Origin: Phoronis australis
Taxonomy: Eukaryota > Animalia > Phoronida
Assembly (NCBI GenBank): GCA_002633005.1
Contig: NMRA01000017.1
Location: 1,777,808 to 1,841,807, forward strand
Length of the DNA stretch: 64,000 nt
Reading direction: 5' to 3'
Shown: positions 11,026 through 24,697 of the stretch, piece after piece
Numbering within the stretch: the stretch's first letter is position 1
Layout of the letters: each line of letters opens with the position of its first letter
Notes under the pieces: generated by a model
The model's database searches: none
Seen by the model: only the letters and a program-made list of their open reading frames with translations
Told to the model about the DNA's origin: nothing
Made by a program: the position numbers and the translations under genes

Positions 11026-14000
11026 CCGTATTCGCCCTAATAACTGCCCATACCCCTATAAGCGCCCCCACTTGTTTTTCAGACTTTGCCAAAATAAGTG
11101 CCCTACCCATGAACGTATACGTGCAAAAAAATGCCTTACCTACAGTCCTAAAATTCTACAGTAACGTCTTCAATTTATCAATAATATACGACAGTCCTGA
11201 AAAAAATCATTGTGTGCAGAATTTATAGACCACGAACCTCGCCACTATGTCGGTATTTAGCCTTGACTATACTTTTCAAACTTACGCAGTGCCTCAAAAC
11301 AAACACAAAAGTTTTTCTGATATTGCAAGGAATGTGTCTCACTATGGTCTGGTCTTTCAGAGCAGACATAGTGATACTGCTTGTCAATTGTGGATATTTC
11401 CCGCCCTCAACAGGAATCCAAATTTCTGTGAAACCCGGCGCGAATCGAAGACAAATAAAAATCCTGGCCAATGTTAAAAGCACGTGGCCAGGAATCGTGT
11501 ATTACATACATGAACCTGTCATCAAAGACATTAGTCGGCAACTATCCATTCATGAAACGGGTAGCATAGCATCGGCAAGAAATGAATATTGTCCGACAGT
11601 TTCTAATACTTTAAAAAATGTTAGCGTTATTTTTAAGAGGGATTGCTTGATTAATCATAATTGGTGTTTTAAGCCAAATAGCAGATAAAATGACCACTGA
11701 CAGTAAATGCTTACACACCCTTACACTGAAATATAACTGTCAGATAGTCACGTAGGCATCCAGCCACACGGTGACTTAAATGGGCCTTAACTGAGACAAA
11801 TGTCGAAAGTTTTTAGCATGAGACCAGCAAGTGCTGAATGAAACACGCTCTGGTTTATGCCTACTGCTTGTGCAAATTTCTTTAGACACATCTAGCTCGT
11901 TAGATTGCATGGCTCTGGCCAAAAGACGGTCGCTTTGGCAAATGACCTCTGTTGACACGCACGCGCTCGCTTACTCACTGACAAACATGCTACTTACCGA
12001 GACTAATGTTGAACGTTTTTAAATCATGAGACCGGCAAGTGCTGAATGAAACACGTTCTGCTTTAGACCTACTGCTTGGGCTAATTTCTTTAGATACAAT
12101 GCACATCTAGCTCGTTAGATTGGGTTTGCTCTGGCAAATGAACTCTGGTGACACGCACGCGCTCGCTTACTCACACACGCTCGCTTACTCACACGCTGAA
12201 CTTCAAAACAAACGTCACGGGTCAACAACATTTCATGTTCGTCCAGAGATTTTTATGTGCCCACATATTGATATGTGGACGCATTATGCCGTCATCTCTG
12301 TCCGTCCGTCCGGATGGCGTCCGTCCGGCATCCACTGCTCTATCTCCAAAACTGATTGACATATGTTCATGAAATTTTGCACATTTGTTTCTTTCATGGA
12401 TGGGACAGCATGAGCGAACTTTCGGACGGATCCAATTACGAGTGTGCCCCCTAGTGGCAATTAATTTTTTTACATTTACCTCTGTATCTTTCAAAGGTCT
12501 TCAACATATTTTCACAAAATGTGGTATATAGGCATCTATTAGTGACACGACGCTATCCTCCGGTTTTCAGATGGATTCGATGTAGTTTGCGCCACCTAGT
12601 GGCCATTTTTACTATTTTCGAGTTTGTTTATCAGCGTCCACTCCTCTATCAACTAAAGCGCTCTAAGCATGATTGTGAAAATTGGCATGTAGGTCCTTAC
12701 TATGAAAAGGACGGTTGACTATGATTTTCCGATGACTTTGACTACTGTGGCGCCTCCTATTGGCAGTTTTTTTTTTTTGCGCCTATGGCTCTATCTCCTA
12801 AACCGTTTGCAGGATCTTTACGAAATTTAGTAAGTGCATTTATATGATAATGACAACAAAGGAGGACTTTCGGACAGTTCTGACTACTGGTGTGCCACCT
12901 AGTGGCATTTTTATTTTTTTACGTTTACCTCTGCATCTTGAAAGGTCCTCAACTTATTTTCAAACCGCTTTTGGGATAATTGTGAAAATTGGCATGTATG
13001 TTTCTACTATGAAGTGGACAGATGAGGGATTTCTGATGACTTTGACTACTGTGGAACTTCCTAGTGACAGTTTCGTTTTTTTTTTTGCCCATGGCTGACT
13101 CCTAAACCGTTTGGAGGATCTTTACTACATTTAAGAGGTATGTTGATGACGACAATTTTCAGATGGATGTGACTACTGGTGTGTCCCCTTGTGGCAATTG
13201 TAGTGTGACGTTTACCTCTGTATCTTCAAAAGTCCTCATCGGATTTTCATGAAATTTTGAATACGGGCATCTATTGGTGAGATGACGATATCCTCTCATT
13301 TTTGATAGAATCAAGGTATTTTGCGCCATCTAGTCGCCATTTTTGCTGTTTTTGAGTCCGTTTTTGGCGTCTACCCCTCTATCCACCAAATCATTCTGAG
13401 GATTGTTTTGAAAATTGCCATATATGTTCTCAGTGTGAAGAGGACGGTTGATGATGACAACTTTGAATTCTGTGGTCCCTCTTAGAGGTAATTTTGTTTT
13501 GTTTTGCGCCCATGGCTGTTTCTCCTAAACCCACTGCAGGATCTGTATTGAATTGAATTAGTTAGTGTATTTATATGAAGCTAACAACAGACAGTGATGA
13601 CTTTCAGGCAGATCTAATGAAGATTCTGACCCCTAGTGGCAATTTCATTTTAATCTGTTTAATATCCTTTTTTTCTCTGAAGTTCCTTCACAGATTTCTA
13701 TGAAATTTGGAGTATTGCTTTCTATTAACAAAGCAATGACATGTTCCCGTTTCCGTATGGATTGTACCTGTTTGCGCCATGTAGTGGCCGTTTTTATGAC
13801 ACAAATAACCCTAAAAGCACACCATTTGCGATGCATTTGTGGGCGCATTTCAATGATCCGCGTTGCTCTTGTTCTAGTGTTGCCGATCATAAATGGCACA
13901 ATGTAGCACAAATTTGTACTTAACCTGCCATTAATACCGATGCCACGGGAACTTAGAAATCATAGGTACACTATTTGGAAAACTTAAGGAGGATTTCAGG

Positions 14001-14338
14001 TAATTTGCTTGAGTTGAAACTGTATTTTTATTCAAGCATTCAAGTCGCCATTTCGACGATTGCGAGGCAGTCAGTTGGCAAGTTTTCACCCTGGGATTTC
14101 AGCACAATTTTCTGTAAAATGATCGTAATTGATCAGCAACGTTTGATAGCAATGCACCACAATTTTGTAGAAAGTCTGCCATAGGTTACAGATTTGTCAC
14201 AGAGCATAAATATGATGAAACTTAGCTTCCGATTTCACCTGTTTCGGAGACCGGGTTTCATCCGCCTTGGGTTACAATAAGCGCCCCCCTGAAACAAACT
14301 TTTCTATGCACCCTTGGCGGTGTTTAGGGTGAATACGG
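11026..14338. mobile_element. Non-autonomous Tc1/mariner (pogo-like) element with TA TSD, interrupted by a nested insertion
   Basis: Left end TA|CCGTATTCGCCCTAA, right end TTAGGGTGAATACGG|TA. Subterminal ATAAGCGCCCC at ~11058 and ~14278. Internal ~210-bp tandem duplication at 11818-12170. Confidence 0.8.
12253..13872 (+). mobile_element. DINE-1/HINE-like non-autonomous Helentron with internal tandem repeats
   Basis: 5' ATGTGCCCACATA with nearby inverted TATGTGGACGCAT, (GTCC)n microsatellite at ~12300-12326, repeated internal blocks, and 3' subTIR TGTGGGCGCAT (~13838). It is inserted in a T-run; the empty site GAGATTTTTCTCGTGTTG is seen at ~8201. Confidence 0.75.
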
Positions 14339-16419
14339 TAGGCCACTTTGCTAGAAATCCTCAAAAATAACTTAGCAAATTTAAGTCTTTTGAAAATGTT
14401 AGAAACTGATTTTTTTACGGGTGATTTGGAATGAAAATAAGTTGGAGAAGTACAGTCAGTTTTATGTGTGGTAAAAAGGACTGTCAGCGCAAGTCACTAT
14501 TATTCTGATGTCCATTGTGACATCTACTTTAACAGGGGACTGTAGTAAAAATAATGCAGCAGTTATCCGATTCGAACATACAAAAAAATCTCATATTTGC
14601 CCGAGTTGCGACCTAAACAAAATCTCATTCATAGTTATTGTCAAAGGATTGAAATCCTGCCAGCAATCCCTGATTGGCTGGTATGTCAGTGACGTAGCTG
14701 GTGGGGCCTCGACCTCTTATCACATTTTGCTGTGCCATATTGTGAAGTGTTTACATCTTATTTTATCATTGTACCAGCCATTCTTATTTTTTACTGTATG
14801 CCACAGTGTTGTAAAAGGTTCTCCATGCTTTTTTGTATGGCTCCTGCAGGGATTTACCTAGGTTTCAAAACCCCGTTCGCCAGCTGGGCGAGTGAGCCAG
14901 AAAATCTACTCGCCCAGCTCAAAGTGCATTAGCCCAGCTGTTTGCGTCACTTGCTGCCAATGTCATCATTTCGTTTGTTGATGTCACCATCTATTAGGGC
15001 TAGTATAATCGGTTTTAGAAAATGAATTCCTACTAAGAAACGTTTGACATCGATGAATTCCCAGCAACGCAAGACGTTACCTTGGCGCAAAGCTATAAGC
15101 AATGTAGTAACATAGGCTACAGCTACGGTGCCGATGTGGGTAAAAGACTGACGAGATAAAATCTGACACATATTAAAGTAGTTTTATTAAAAACTGCACT
15201 CTTCCTAACTCCTGATACCAAAATGGAAGCGCCCAACCAAAAGTAACAGCGCAAAAAATCAACTTCTCATTAAACGCAAGTCAAACATTCCGTCCACATC
15301 CACGTGGTCAAAAACTTATTCTTTGAACTTTTGATTTGCCTGTTGACTTTTTACATGATGTGACTGTTTGCTTCATTATTTTGGCAGCCTACTGAGTACC
15401 CCTATGCGTAATATCATCTGATTGTTGAGCACGTGCTTTGAACAAGTGCAGTTTTGGCTTTAAATTAAAAAATGAAATATACAATGTATATAAATTAAGT
15501 TCAAAGTATTCACTTAGCAAATCTGTCAATCAGTAGCACGTGTTTGGTTGCCAAACTACAAGTTCAAAGTATTCAGTAAGAAGACCTGTCAATCATTAGC
15601 ATGCGTTGTGGTTGTCTAGATGTCCAGCGGGAAGCAAATCTTTACAAAATCAAATACTTCCCTTAGAAATACACTGCGAACTAGCGGAATCTTGCTTGTT
15701 CTGTCGTTTCTCTCAAGAAACTTGCCCTACTGAATGCACGCCTACCTGTAGGAATACCTTAGTTCTAAGAAATGACAAACAGCCACCGAGGTACGTAATA
15801 ACCCAATCATGCTCGGGATCACAACACCACTTTATCGTGCATTACAGGCTGTCTGAACTCCGTTACTTCAATCTCCCAACCTATCTTTCAACTGATGTGC
15901 TTGAAGTCTGGCATCAGTGTAGCTCCGTGAGGGTAAACTCGGCCCTCCGTACAGTAAGAAACAACTCAAGACTTTTCAAAAATTTTGGTTTTAACCGCCC
16001 AGCCCCTGTTTTTCAGATTTCCAATTTCACTTGATGTGAGCTCATAGACCGGTCTTCCTCCTTCCCCCCTTTTTCTTCATTTCGGACTAGTCCACAAATT
16101 CCTTTGTGCACGACCAACCATGGTGATCTCTTGTCTAGACGAATCGTGTGAGGGGTGACATCACTGAATCGATAGAATGCTTTTGCACTCTGAAAATTTG
16201 CTTGCCACATGGGCAAGCGGAAAGACAATTTCTACTCGCCCCGCACCATTTTTACTCGTATTGGCAGCCGGGCTACTGGGCAAGTGGCTAAGTATATCCC
16301 TGCTCCTGGTTGTTCAAACTCTTCGAAAAAGGTGTCTTCTAAGGGATGGTCATCGCATACCATCGCCGGGTTGCCCAAACCTTGGCCCAAAGTTGTATAC
16401 TTAATGAACAGGTTTACGC

Positions 16420-17090
16420 CGATGTGGGTAAAAAAGGGACAAATAATTTCTGACTCAAAATTTGTGTCATTAAAACTACTCTCTTCCTTGAATAAACGAA
16501 CTAATATTTAGCGGTGTTGGAAAATTTAGTGGTCGTTAATCGGCTGCCGCTAAAATTGTGGTACGTTTTGTTGATTCGGCATTTGACGATTACGTCACCT
16601 GACCTTGACCAATTTCTTTTCCCCCCGATTTTTTTATCAACTGTTCTTCGCTGCCGGCACAAGGTTACGTACGTGTCACAACAAATCATCGGAACTTGTT
16701 TCATTTCTTCACAAGTGTTTAGCATTTCAATACCAGCAAACTGAATTTTAGAACAAACCTTCCTGCTGCGAAGCTGTCATCCGAAAGACAACGCAAAATT
16801 TTAGGAAATGACGCGTGCGCCGTGTCACCAGTGTGATGTTTTTGAAAACAAACGACAGACTTTTCTTTGTTACAAAAAGCGGCAAATTATGCTAGAAAAT
16901 GACGTTTATTTGATTGTTTTCCACCTAAAGAGCTGCAACGAACAAGGTGAGAGTTGGTTGACTACCAGATTTTGCATGCAACCCCGCCGGTCGTTAGCCC
17001 CGCCTATATGTGGATGTAAGTTCAACAGAAGAGGTGACAAGCATAACTATCCAAGTGGTCAATGGACAATGTGAAATTTCAGGGTCTAAC
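16420..17090 (+). repeat. Dispersed repeat family copy (others at 35328-35835 and a short one at 15133-15210)
   Basis: Shared blocks GATGTGGGTAAAA...TCTGAC..AAATT.GTGTCATTAAAA, TTTAGGAAATGACG, AAATGACGTTTATT and CCAGATTTTGCATGCA. Confidence 0.7.
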
Positions 17091-17128
17091 GGTGTCACGT
17101 TTTTCCCCATATGTGGGTGGGCGCAGGT

Positions 17129-19578
17129 TGTTACAGACCGGTGCTAATAGCTTTCAGTGCGAAGATTGACTGAAGACTGGTTTATTAATCCCGACTGTAC
17201 GGTCACAAGCCTACTCAAACAAAACGTCCGACGTAATGTCTGTTTATGCTCCAGCCAGTGCTGCGAAGCCTTGACTTGTATTGAACTTCTGAGATACTTC
17301 CAGCGACTGTTCAGGGCTCGACATAACAAGCTGCAGGTCGCATTTGCGACCTGAAATTTGGAAATGCGAGCTGAGATTTTTGTCAGCTCGTATCAAGTCG
17401 CAAANTATCAGCTGGGGGAAAACAAATTGTTGCGGCTGATGAAAGTGAGTGCCGAATATTTTTACAAAACTGCGACAACAAATAGAAAAACAGGGCTCGA
17501 CATAACGAGCTGCAGGTCGCATTTGCGACCTGAAATTTGGAAATGCGAGCTGAGATTTTTGTCAGCTCGTATCAAATCGCAAAATGCGACCTGGAATTTC
17601 CAACGAATGCGAGCTGAGTTTTTGCACTTCTCAACAGATACCTGGCAAATACCAAGCAGCTCTTGTTAATCCGACCGTTATTTGCATGGTTGTTGCCAAA
17701 TCCAAGTTCAAAAGAACACTAACCTAGAACTGCCCTCCCGACGACTTGTAAGCAAGTCGCGTGAACATGGGATATGCAGAATCGATCTTTGACGCATTTC
17801 ATTGGCTAACACTTTCGGCCACTTTTGTAAATTCCCGGATTCGCCGAAGAAAGTTTCGGGCCACTGCTTAACACGTGATAAAACTTCACAAAAGAACGGT
17901 GTTTCTACTAATTCTTAAGCGATCAACTCGCCAAACTTTGTGGTGGACAAAAATTTTATTTTTCACATAAGATGTCCTTATTACATGTACCAAATATCCA
18001 CGACAATATCCCTGATATCGCACTGCGGCACCGTTAGCGCGCAAGCGGTCCCGGCAGACAATCGTGGCTTAGACTGAGATGTGCTTCTGCCTTTTATCGT
18101 ATTAAGACAGCTAAAGTGAAAATGACAACCTTATTAATGACGGTCACGTCTTTACTTTCAGTTGCCAAGAAATTCTCAACCCTTTACTTGTTTCTGGGGC
18201 TACGTGCGCGAAATATAATTTGTCTTTCACACGTTGTTGCCAACGTAAAGTGTAGGCCTACTCCAGCGATTCAAGTGCGTGAACTCACGCGTGCGCACCA
18301 CTTCAAAGAACAGCGACAGTCCTAAATGAAAGAGTATACCGGCTTGGCTCTGGTTTATTTGAAAATGAACTCAGATTTCCAGCGGTTATAAAAGACCCAA
18401 TGTCCCGGGACCGATATAACCCAGAACTGACGTTTTCCTATTCCGATGTTTCCCGAGGTCGATGTTCTGTAAACCCTGTATTCTATGCCCGTAGCAAGCT
18501 ATTGCAACTAAACTGGCACTAGATGCGAAATTGTGGTTCAACTTNNNNNNNNNNNNNNNNNNNNNNNNNNNNNNNNNNNNNNNNNNNNNNNNNNNNNNNN
18601 NNNNNNNNNNNNNNNNNNNNNNNNNNNNNNNNNNNNNNNNNNNNNNNNNNNNNNNNNNNNNNNNNNNNNNNNNNNNNNNNNNNNNNNNNNNNNNNNNNNN
18701 NNNNNNNNNNNNNNNNNNNNNNNNNNNNNNNNNNNNNNNNNNNNNNNNNNNNNNNNNNNNNNNNNNNNNNNNNNNNNNNNNNNNNNNNNNNNNNNNNNNN
18801 NNNNNNNNNNNNNNNNNNNNNNNNNNNNNNNNNNNNNNNNNNNNNNNNNNNNNNNNNNNNNNNNNNNNNNNNNNNNNNNNNNNNNNNNNNNNNNNNNNNN
18901 NNNNNNNNNNNNNNNNNNNNNNNNNNNNNNNNNNNNNNNNNNNNNNNNNNNNNNNNNNNNNNNNNNNNNNNNNNNNNNNNNNNNNNNNNNNNNNNAAAAT
19001 TTTGCGACCTGGCATTTACGAATGCGAGCTGGATTTTGAAAATGCGACCTGAGATTTTGGCTAGGTCGCAACATGCGACCTGGCGATTTTAATAGCGTCG
19101 AGCCCTGCTGTTACACTCGATTCAATAACCTGCTGTCTCTAAGCTGGCTCTCTATTGACTATCGCTGTAACTGCTGATTCTCTTCACTGCAACTCAACTG
19201 TAGTTCTCCTGATTAACTTTCTTGAACTGACTTGATCTTCTCGTGAACTGACTTGATCTTCTTGGACTCAACTGACTAACACATACCTGTGCTTGTGTAT
19301 TTATAGCCTAATGCATTGTTCTAGAACTTTTCATCAATTCAAGCACATACCAGAACTTTCTGGAACCTACCCAATCATTCTACAAACATGCACTAGTCTC
19401 TAGAATATTCCAGACTGCATTAATCACTGTCATTGCTAGAGTCTTCTAGAAAGTTCCACACTATACTGTAGTAAACAAATTACATCATCACTGTTCTGAC
19501 CTCAGGGGTCATGCCAATCGAACAGAATAACAAAACAAAACAATACAACTAAAAATACTGTCAGACCATATTCTGACA
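17129..19578 (-). mobile_element. Putative solo LTR (Gypsy-like) split by a hAT-like insertion
   Basis: On - it reads TGTCAGA...TGTAACA, with TATA-like CTATAAATA (~19300), AATAAA (~17181-17186) and repeated TCTAGAA/TTC motifs upstream of the TATA. No TSD found. Confidence 0.45.
17312..19107. mobile_element. Non-autonomous hAT-like element with 5-bp TSD
   Basis: TIR CAGGGCTCGAC at 17312 and GTCGAGCCCTG ending 19107. CTGTT at 17307-17311 and 19108-19112. Subterminal TGCGACCTG/TGCGAGCTG repeats. Contains an N-gap (18545-18995) and a duplicated left end at 17491. Confidence 0.65.
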
Positions 19579-22249
19579 AACAGACCTTAACACACAGTGG
19601 TACGATAGTCTTCATACAGCTATAGTCTGTAACTAACCAACCCTTAAAAAATTTACAGGCTGAATATTGGCTGGCAGCTTGCTGGCTAGCTAGTGTTCGC
19701 TACTTAGCCCACAGTCACACCAGTGTAAATTGGTTGCACTGGCATTTTTTCGTCAGACAATGAGGACGACTAGGTATCACTTTGTGCTGTTACCTCTGCT
19801 CAAACAGGAATCCCTGGTAACCCAACAATTCTCACTAAAATTTCAAATAGTAAAACTAGTACAACTAAAAAGACGAACGTTGATATTAAGTACTAGTCCA
19901 CGAGAGCACCAACCATGAGCGGCAAGGTGGGGGTCAGCCGATTTTCACCAAATTTGGCACATATGTAGTCCTATGGGATCTATAAACAGCGGTAAAATAT
20001 TTCCTCAAAATATTGCGTTTTTCTAAAGTTATAGGTTCAAACACATTTTACGGCTTCGCAGCCATGTTTTCACGGTATAAAAACTGTCCAGTTTTAACTG
20101 TCCATATTTTTCCTTGAATGAAAGCTATTGATTTATTATTCACTTGGCATTGTTTAGTGGAGCTTATAGATTGTTACACAGATGTCTTTTGAAACACGAT
20201 TCCGATTTACCACCCTCATTTAGTAGTATTACTACACTGCCCCCCCGTTATGCCATTTTGAGGTTGTGTTCAGTACACTGCTGTACCAAATCTGCCCCCA
20301 CTGTTATGAGAATGAAACTTAGCCAAAATGTTGACAAAACATGTTACTTTCATTGCATAAAATAAAAACTTTGTCAGCCAGTTTATTAGTTATACATTTT
20401 GGCACCTCAGATGTACTAAAATGAGAAATTTTCATATATCTGAGATCGATGCGTGAGCACCGTAAAATCCGATTGTCCTTCATGTTTTTCGATATTTTGC
20501 AACCAGTTAGTTCCTCCTGAATGTTTTGAACGTTTTACTACTTATCACTTAAGGCTGTAGTACCCCTAAATACCATACAATGGCTCCATTTTGTAAAAAG
20601 CAGATTATGTCCTCCACAGTGAACATGGTTAGACATGAACTTGACAAATGTAGGTTATTTTGATTTACAGTTGTTTTACTTTGCAATTTCCTCATGGGTA
20701 TTTCTTCACACATATTCAAGTCAGATTTTCTGTTGATCAAATGTTCATGCAATGCATTGTAATATCAAATGAATGATAAGTTTGGTGGCATGACCGCAAT
20801 TTTTCCCACGACTAACAAAAGACCGTAGAAATTTTCCTGACGAAATACCCGGTTTGCAGTTCTCTAAAAACCATGATTCGAATGACAAGACAAACTCCAC
20901 CACTGTCCATGGCAACTCGTCGCATGTTTTTCGCCCATCGGTCCTTTCATTCTTTTCCTTTGTTGTGTCATTGTTGGATATAACAACACAGGTCGCATGG
21001 ATATAGAACCTTGCGTACCGCAGACCGTTGCCGATAAGTGCTCGTCATTATATCTTTATTATAACAACGGGAACAATGAAGATGTTAATCTACTGTTCTC
21101 TGTTCGACCAGGTTTCCCGTGGATGACCACAGAAGAGGAATCCCAAAGTATCTACAAACAATGACCACGCACCTTAGTAACTATTACCGCGCATACGAAT
21201 CCTTTCCGTGGAACCTAAACACCAAATTTNCATCTAAGTGAGAAATACACAAACAACAACCAATGAGAACCATCAAAGGCAGTTTCATGCAAATGTTTTT
21301 GAGACTCGTATCGGTAAAGTCTGTCGTGGGGCCAGAGACCGTAGAGAGGTTAGCGTCTTTGGTGGGGCCCACGAAATATTGAAAAATGTGCTACGAAAAC
21401 CGAAATTCTGGCCTCCCAGAAGACGGCCGTTGCATAAACGGCTGCGCAACGGTGTCTTTGCTGACAACATACACTTCGCAGAACTAACCACCGAGCCTTA
21501 TTATTTTATTTTCAATGGGTAATATGATTAGTTCTCCGCCGAACACAAAAAGGTGACTGCAAAAGCGAAAAGGCCTAATGCAACGAGCAGCGACTTTCGT
21601 GCCGGACTGCACCTCCAGTGAGCAGGTAGTGGATTAGGCGTATAGGTAGCACTGGGCCTTTGTTTAAATTGACTAGTTGTTCCGGATGAATTGAAAAGAT
21701 AATAGAGAGATTATTTACACGCCGCGTTACATCATAAATAGACTTGCGGCCCGGTCTGCCGCTTGAGTGAGTCCGATGATTAGGCTGTACACAACGGACC
21801 ACCGACTTCCTTAGGCTTAGCCTTTATTCAGTTTCAATGGGCTATGGCGAGTTGCTGTGAACCAGTGAAGAACTTATTAACGACGACGACGTCTTTTTTA
21901 CAAAGTAGAACCTATATTTTTAAACTGGTCGCGGNTGTCACTTTCATTTTACACAACTTCAGTTTTCAGAAACGTCCTTTCACAATATGTAAAAACCAAA
22001 TCCCGGCTTTGTTTTATACCTCGGAAAGAAAGTTAACACTTGTGACATTCGTGTCGTTTTGTGACTGACCTATTTTTCCCGTACTTGGAAGGTATGAGGA
22101 GCAAACTCGCCATTACCAGAGTTAGTTTGAATCGTTAACGACTTTGATGACAGCCAGTAGCAGGCCAGATCTAACAAAATCTCGGATACTTTTTCAACTG
22201 GTATTTCCTCCCTTTTCACATCGCAAATTTAACTATTTGAATGCACGGC

Positions 22250-22570
22250 AAGTCAGAGCACTGATTCAACTTTCACGTCGGCAACTTGCCTTGCGCTCTG
22301 GAGTCTTTCAATGGCGGTCGTGAAGACTAGTAAGGCCGTACCTGCATGAATGAAGTCAATTTTGAGATCCAAAATTTTTGAGTATTTAACGCTGCAGGTA
22401 AGACCATAATCTAAACATTTTCTCAATGATCTAAAAAATCTATTTTGGCGCGTAAAAATGGCGGGAAAATTTTGCGACCTGGCATTTACGAATGCGAGCT
22501 GGATTTCGAAAATGCGACCTGAGATTTTGGCTAGGTCGCAAAATGCCGATTTTAATAGCGTCGAGCCCTG
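22250..22570. mobile_element. Right end of a second copy of the same hAT-like family
   Basis: 22466-22570 is nearly identical to 18996-19107 and ends GTCGAGCCCTG. The left boundary is approximate. Confidence 0.7.
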
Positions 22571-23249
22571 TAGTGGATGACAATAACAACTGAACTTCAA
22601 CACGTTCGTTGGAAATCACACCACCCATTGTTGCCAATCGATTTTAGAACGCTCTCTGGCACTAACCTGACTTCCAAAACTTGTGAAATGTCTTCTTGCT
22701 GGCTAGCCAACACACGACTTTTTCTTCGAAGTTGACTGTCGTTATAAAATTCAAACTGTGGACTTCCGGTGGAAACTGCCTTACGAATACAACTCAACAC
22801 AAAGGAAACTTGCACAATAACTACGTTCTTTTAAGAATTGCATGAGTTCTATTGATTAGATTGTACTGACCAGGTCAGTGTCTCAGGGGATTAACACTGG
22901 GTGCATTCTTACTGCTGTTGGTCACCGGATGTTCGTCTACATTTAAATTCACGCGCGATAATGATTACGTAATTGCACTAAATCAGTACTGGTTAAACTT
23001 TCGTCCTTTTACGGTTTGTATCTATATAAATGTTAAGGAAACATTTGGGCAACATTTTTATGAGATGATGGGTTTTGCATGAGCAAATAATTATTTTTTG
23101 TTGGAAAATAATGGGAAAATTTTTGAACCAAAAATTAAAAAATATCTCACTATATTCAAATTTTAAAAACTAGAAAACGTAAATTTTCATCACATAGAAA
23201 CCTTAGTGTTTTTAGAAAATTCAAGTTTTCCACACATGAAAAAATCCAG

Positions 23250-23730
23250 TTTTCTGAAAAACTTAAGAAGTCAGGAAAACTTAAGTTTCTATAATTGGAA
23301 AAACTAAAGTTTTCGAAAAACTTAAGAAGTCAGGAAAACTTAAGTTTTTAAAATTACAAAAACTTAAGTTTTGTGATAAACTTAAGTTATCAGAAAAACT
23401 TAAGTTTTGTTAGTTCAAAAAACTTAAGTTTTCATGAAAACTTAAGTTATTACTTGAAACTTAAGTTTATTTGGGAAAACTTAAGTTTTACACCTGAGAA
23501 AACTTAAGTTTTCTGAAAAACTTAACATTGTGCTGAAAAACTTAAGTTTTCTGAAAAACTTAACATTGTGCTGAAAAACTTAAGTTTTTGGCGAAAAACT
23601 TAAGTTTTAAAAACTTAAGTTTCTTTTAAAAACTTAAGTTTTTCGGAAGATTTTAAGTTTTTCCTCTAAAACTTAAGTTATTTTCCAAAAACTTTTTCGT
23701 CAAAAACTTAAGTTCATTTTTGTAAGGGTA
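23250..23730. repeat. Array of short palindromic units (core AAAACTTAAGTTTT, ~20-nt spacing)
   Basis: More than 20 copies of AACTTAAG/AAACTTAAGTTT with short variable linkers. Confidence 0.9.
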
Positions 23731-24697
23731 TCGACAGAGACGCGTTTAGACTATGTTTTAGTGCGACAGCTCGGTTTTAACTGCCGTGTTTGACAAGATC
23801 GTCGTGCTATCTGCAGAGAGGTGTTGGGGCGTGTCTAGTTCCTATAAGTCACTTAGCACAAAGTTTTTCAATAAACCAAACTGTGTGAATTGGAAAATTC
23901 TGGCTCGAAAATCAGTTTTGCTGGGTGCAGCACCCATTGAGTTTTCACCTTAAAATAGGTTCAATTTGTTCTATCGAAAATCCGTATTCTGGTGATGCAA
24001 TTTTGGTGCATCTTCCTGTTTACAAATATGAAGGGTCTACCTCAAAAAAATCCACAGCATGTAAAGCATCTCGAAGCACTGTACAATGTATGAAGGTTGA
24101 ATCTTCTGAGGGTCTAGCAATGCATTGGTGCTTATGGAAGGGCTAGCTCAAAATGCACATTTCACTTAGCGACTTTTAATCCGGAATCTCGGTTTACCTT
24201 CATCCGATTGGAGTTCAAAGGATAATTCCCCAGTGGGTACTAAATAACAAAATTGAAGAGCCTGTCGAAAAACCTCTTGACGGAGAGGCATTTTGACGGA
24301 ATGTACTCCTCTACCGTTTTCAGGTCATTGCAGCGATTTTGCGTCAAAATATTATCAATAAAACACAATCAAAGCTGGCCTCTGAGTTTCTGGTATCAAA
24401 CACAATGTTAAAGAATCGATGTAAGAGTAATAACACAAAGGAAGATGGAAAAACAAGAATGAGAATAATTATAAGAACACGAAAGTAAGAGTAACAATAC
24501 GATGAAATACATAGCACAACAAAACTGCGCAAACTCGAGCAGGGAAATAACATTTAAGAAAACCCGGGATAACAGTATTCTGTGCTTACAAGCGCAGAGT
24601 ACTATTGTTTCTTGGTGATCACTCATTCATTTTCGACCACATTTCCGAACACCTATTCGGTCATTTGATCCATGGGAAAGTGACAGGTTAGTTATTT

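Noticed and set aside
14770-14850. Possible minus-strand terminal exon (RAIQKSMENLLQHCGIQ*)
   Set aside because: The acceptor overlaps a MITE-like end and there is no homology support.
11212-16034. Mid-size ORFs 11212-11688 and 15606-16034
   Set aside because: No recognisable domains or splice support; they lie within or between non-autonomous repeats.
18386-19092. Long ORFs spanning N-runs (also 6386-6730)
   Set aside because: Their length comes from assembly gaps translated as X.
23250-23730. Palindromic repeat array as a CRISPR locus
   Set aside because: Linkers are only about 5-10 nt and partly repeated, there are no cas genes, and the context is eukaryotic.
24344-24626. Hydrophobic minus-strand ORFs as a TM tail of the WSC-kringle protein
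   Set aside because: T-rich low-complexity sequence is hydrophobic in all frames, and there is no convincing phase-compatible exon.
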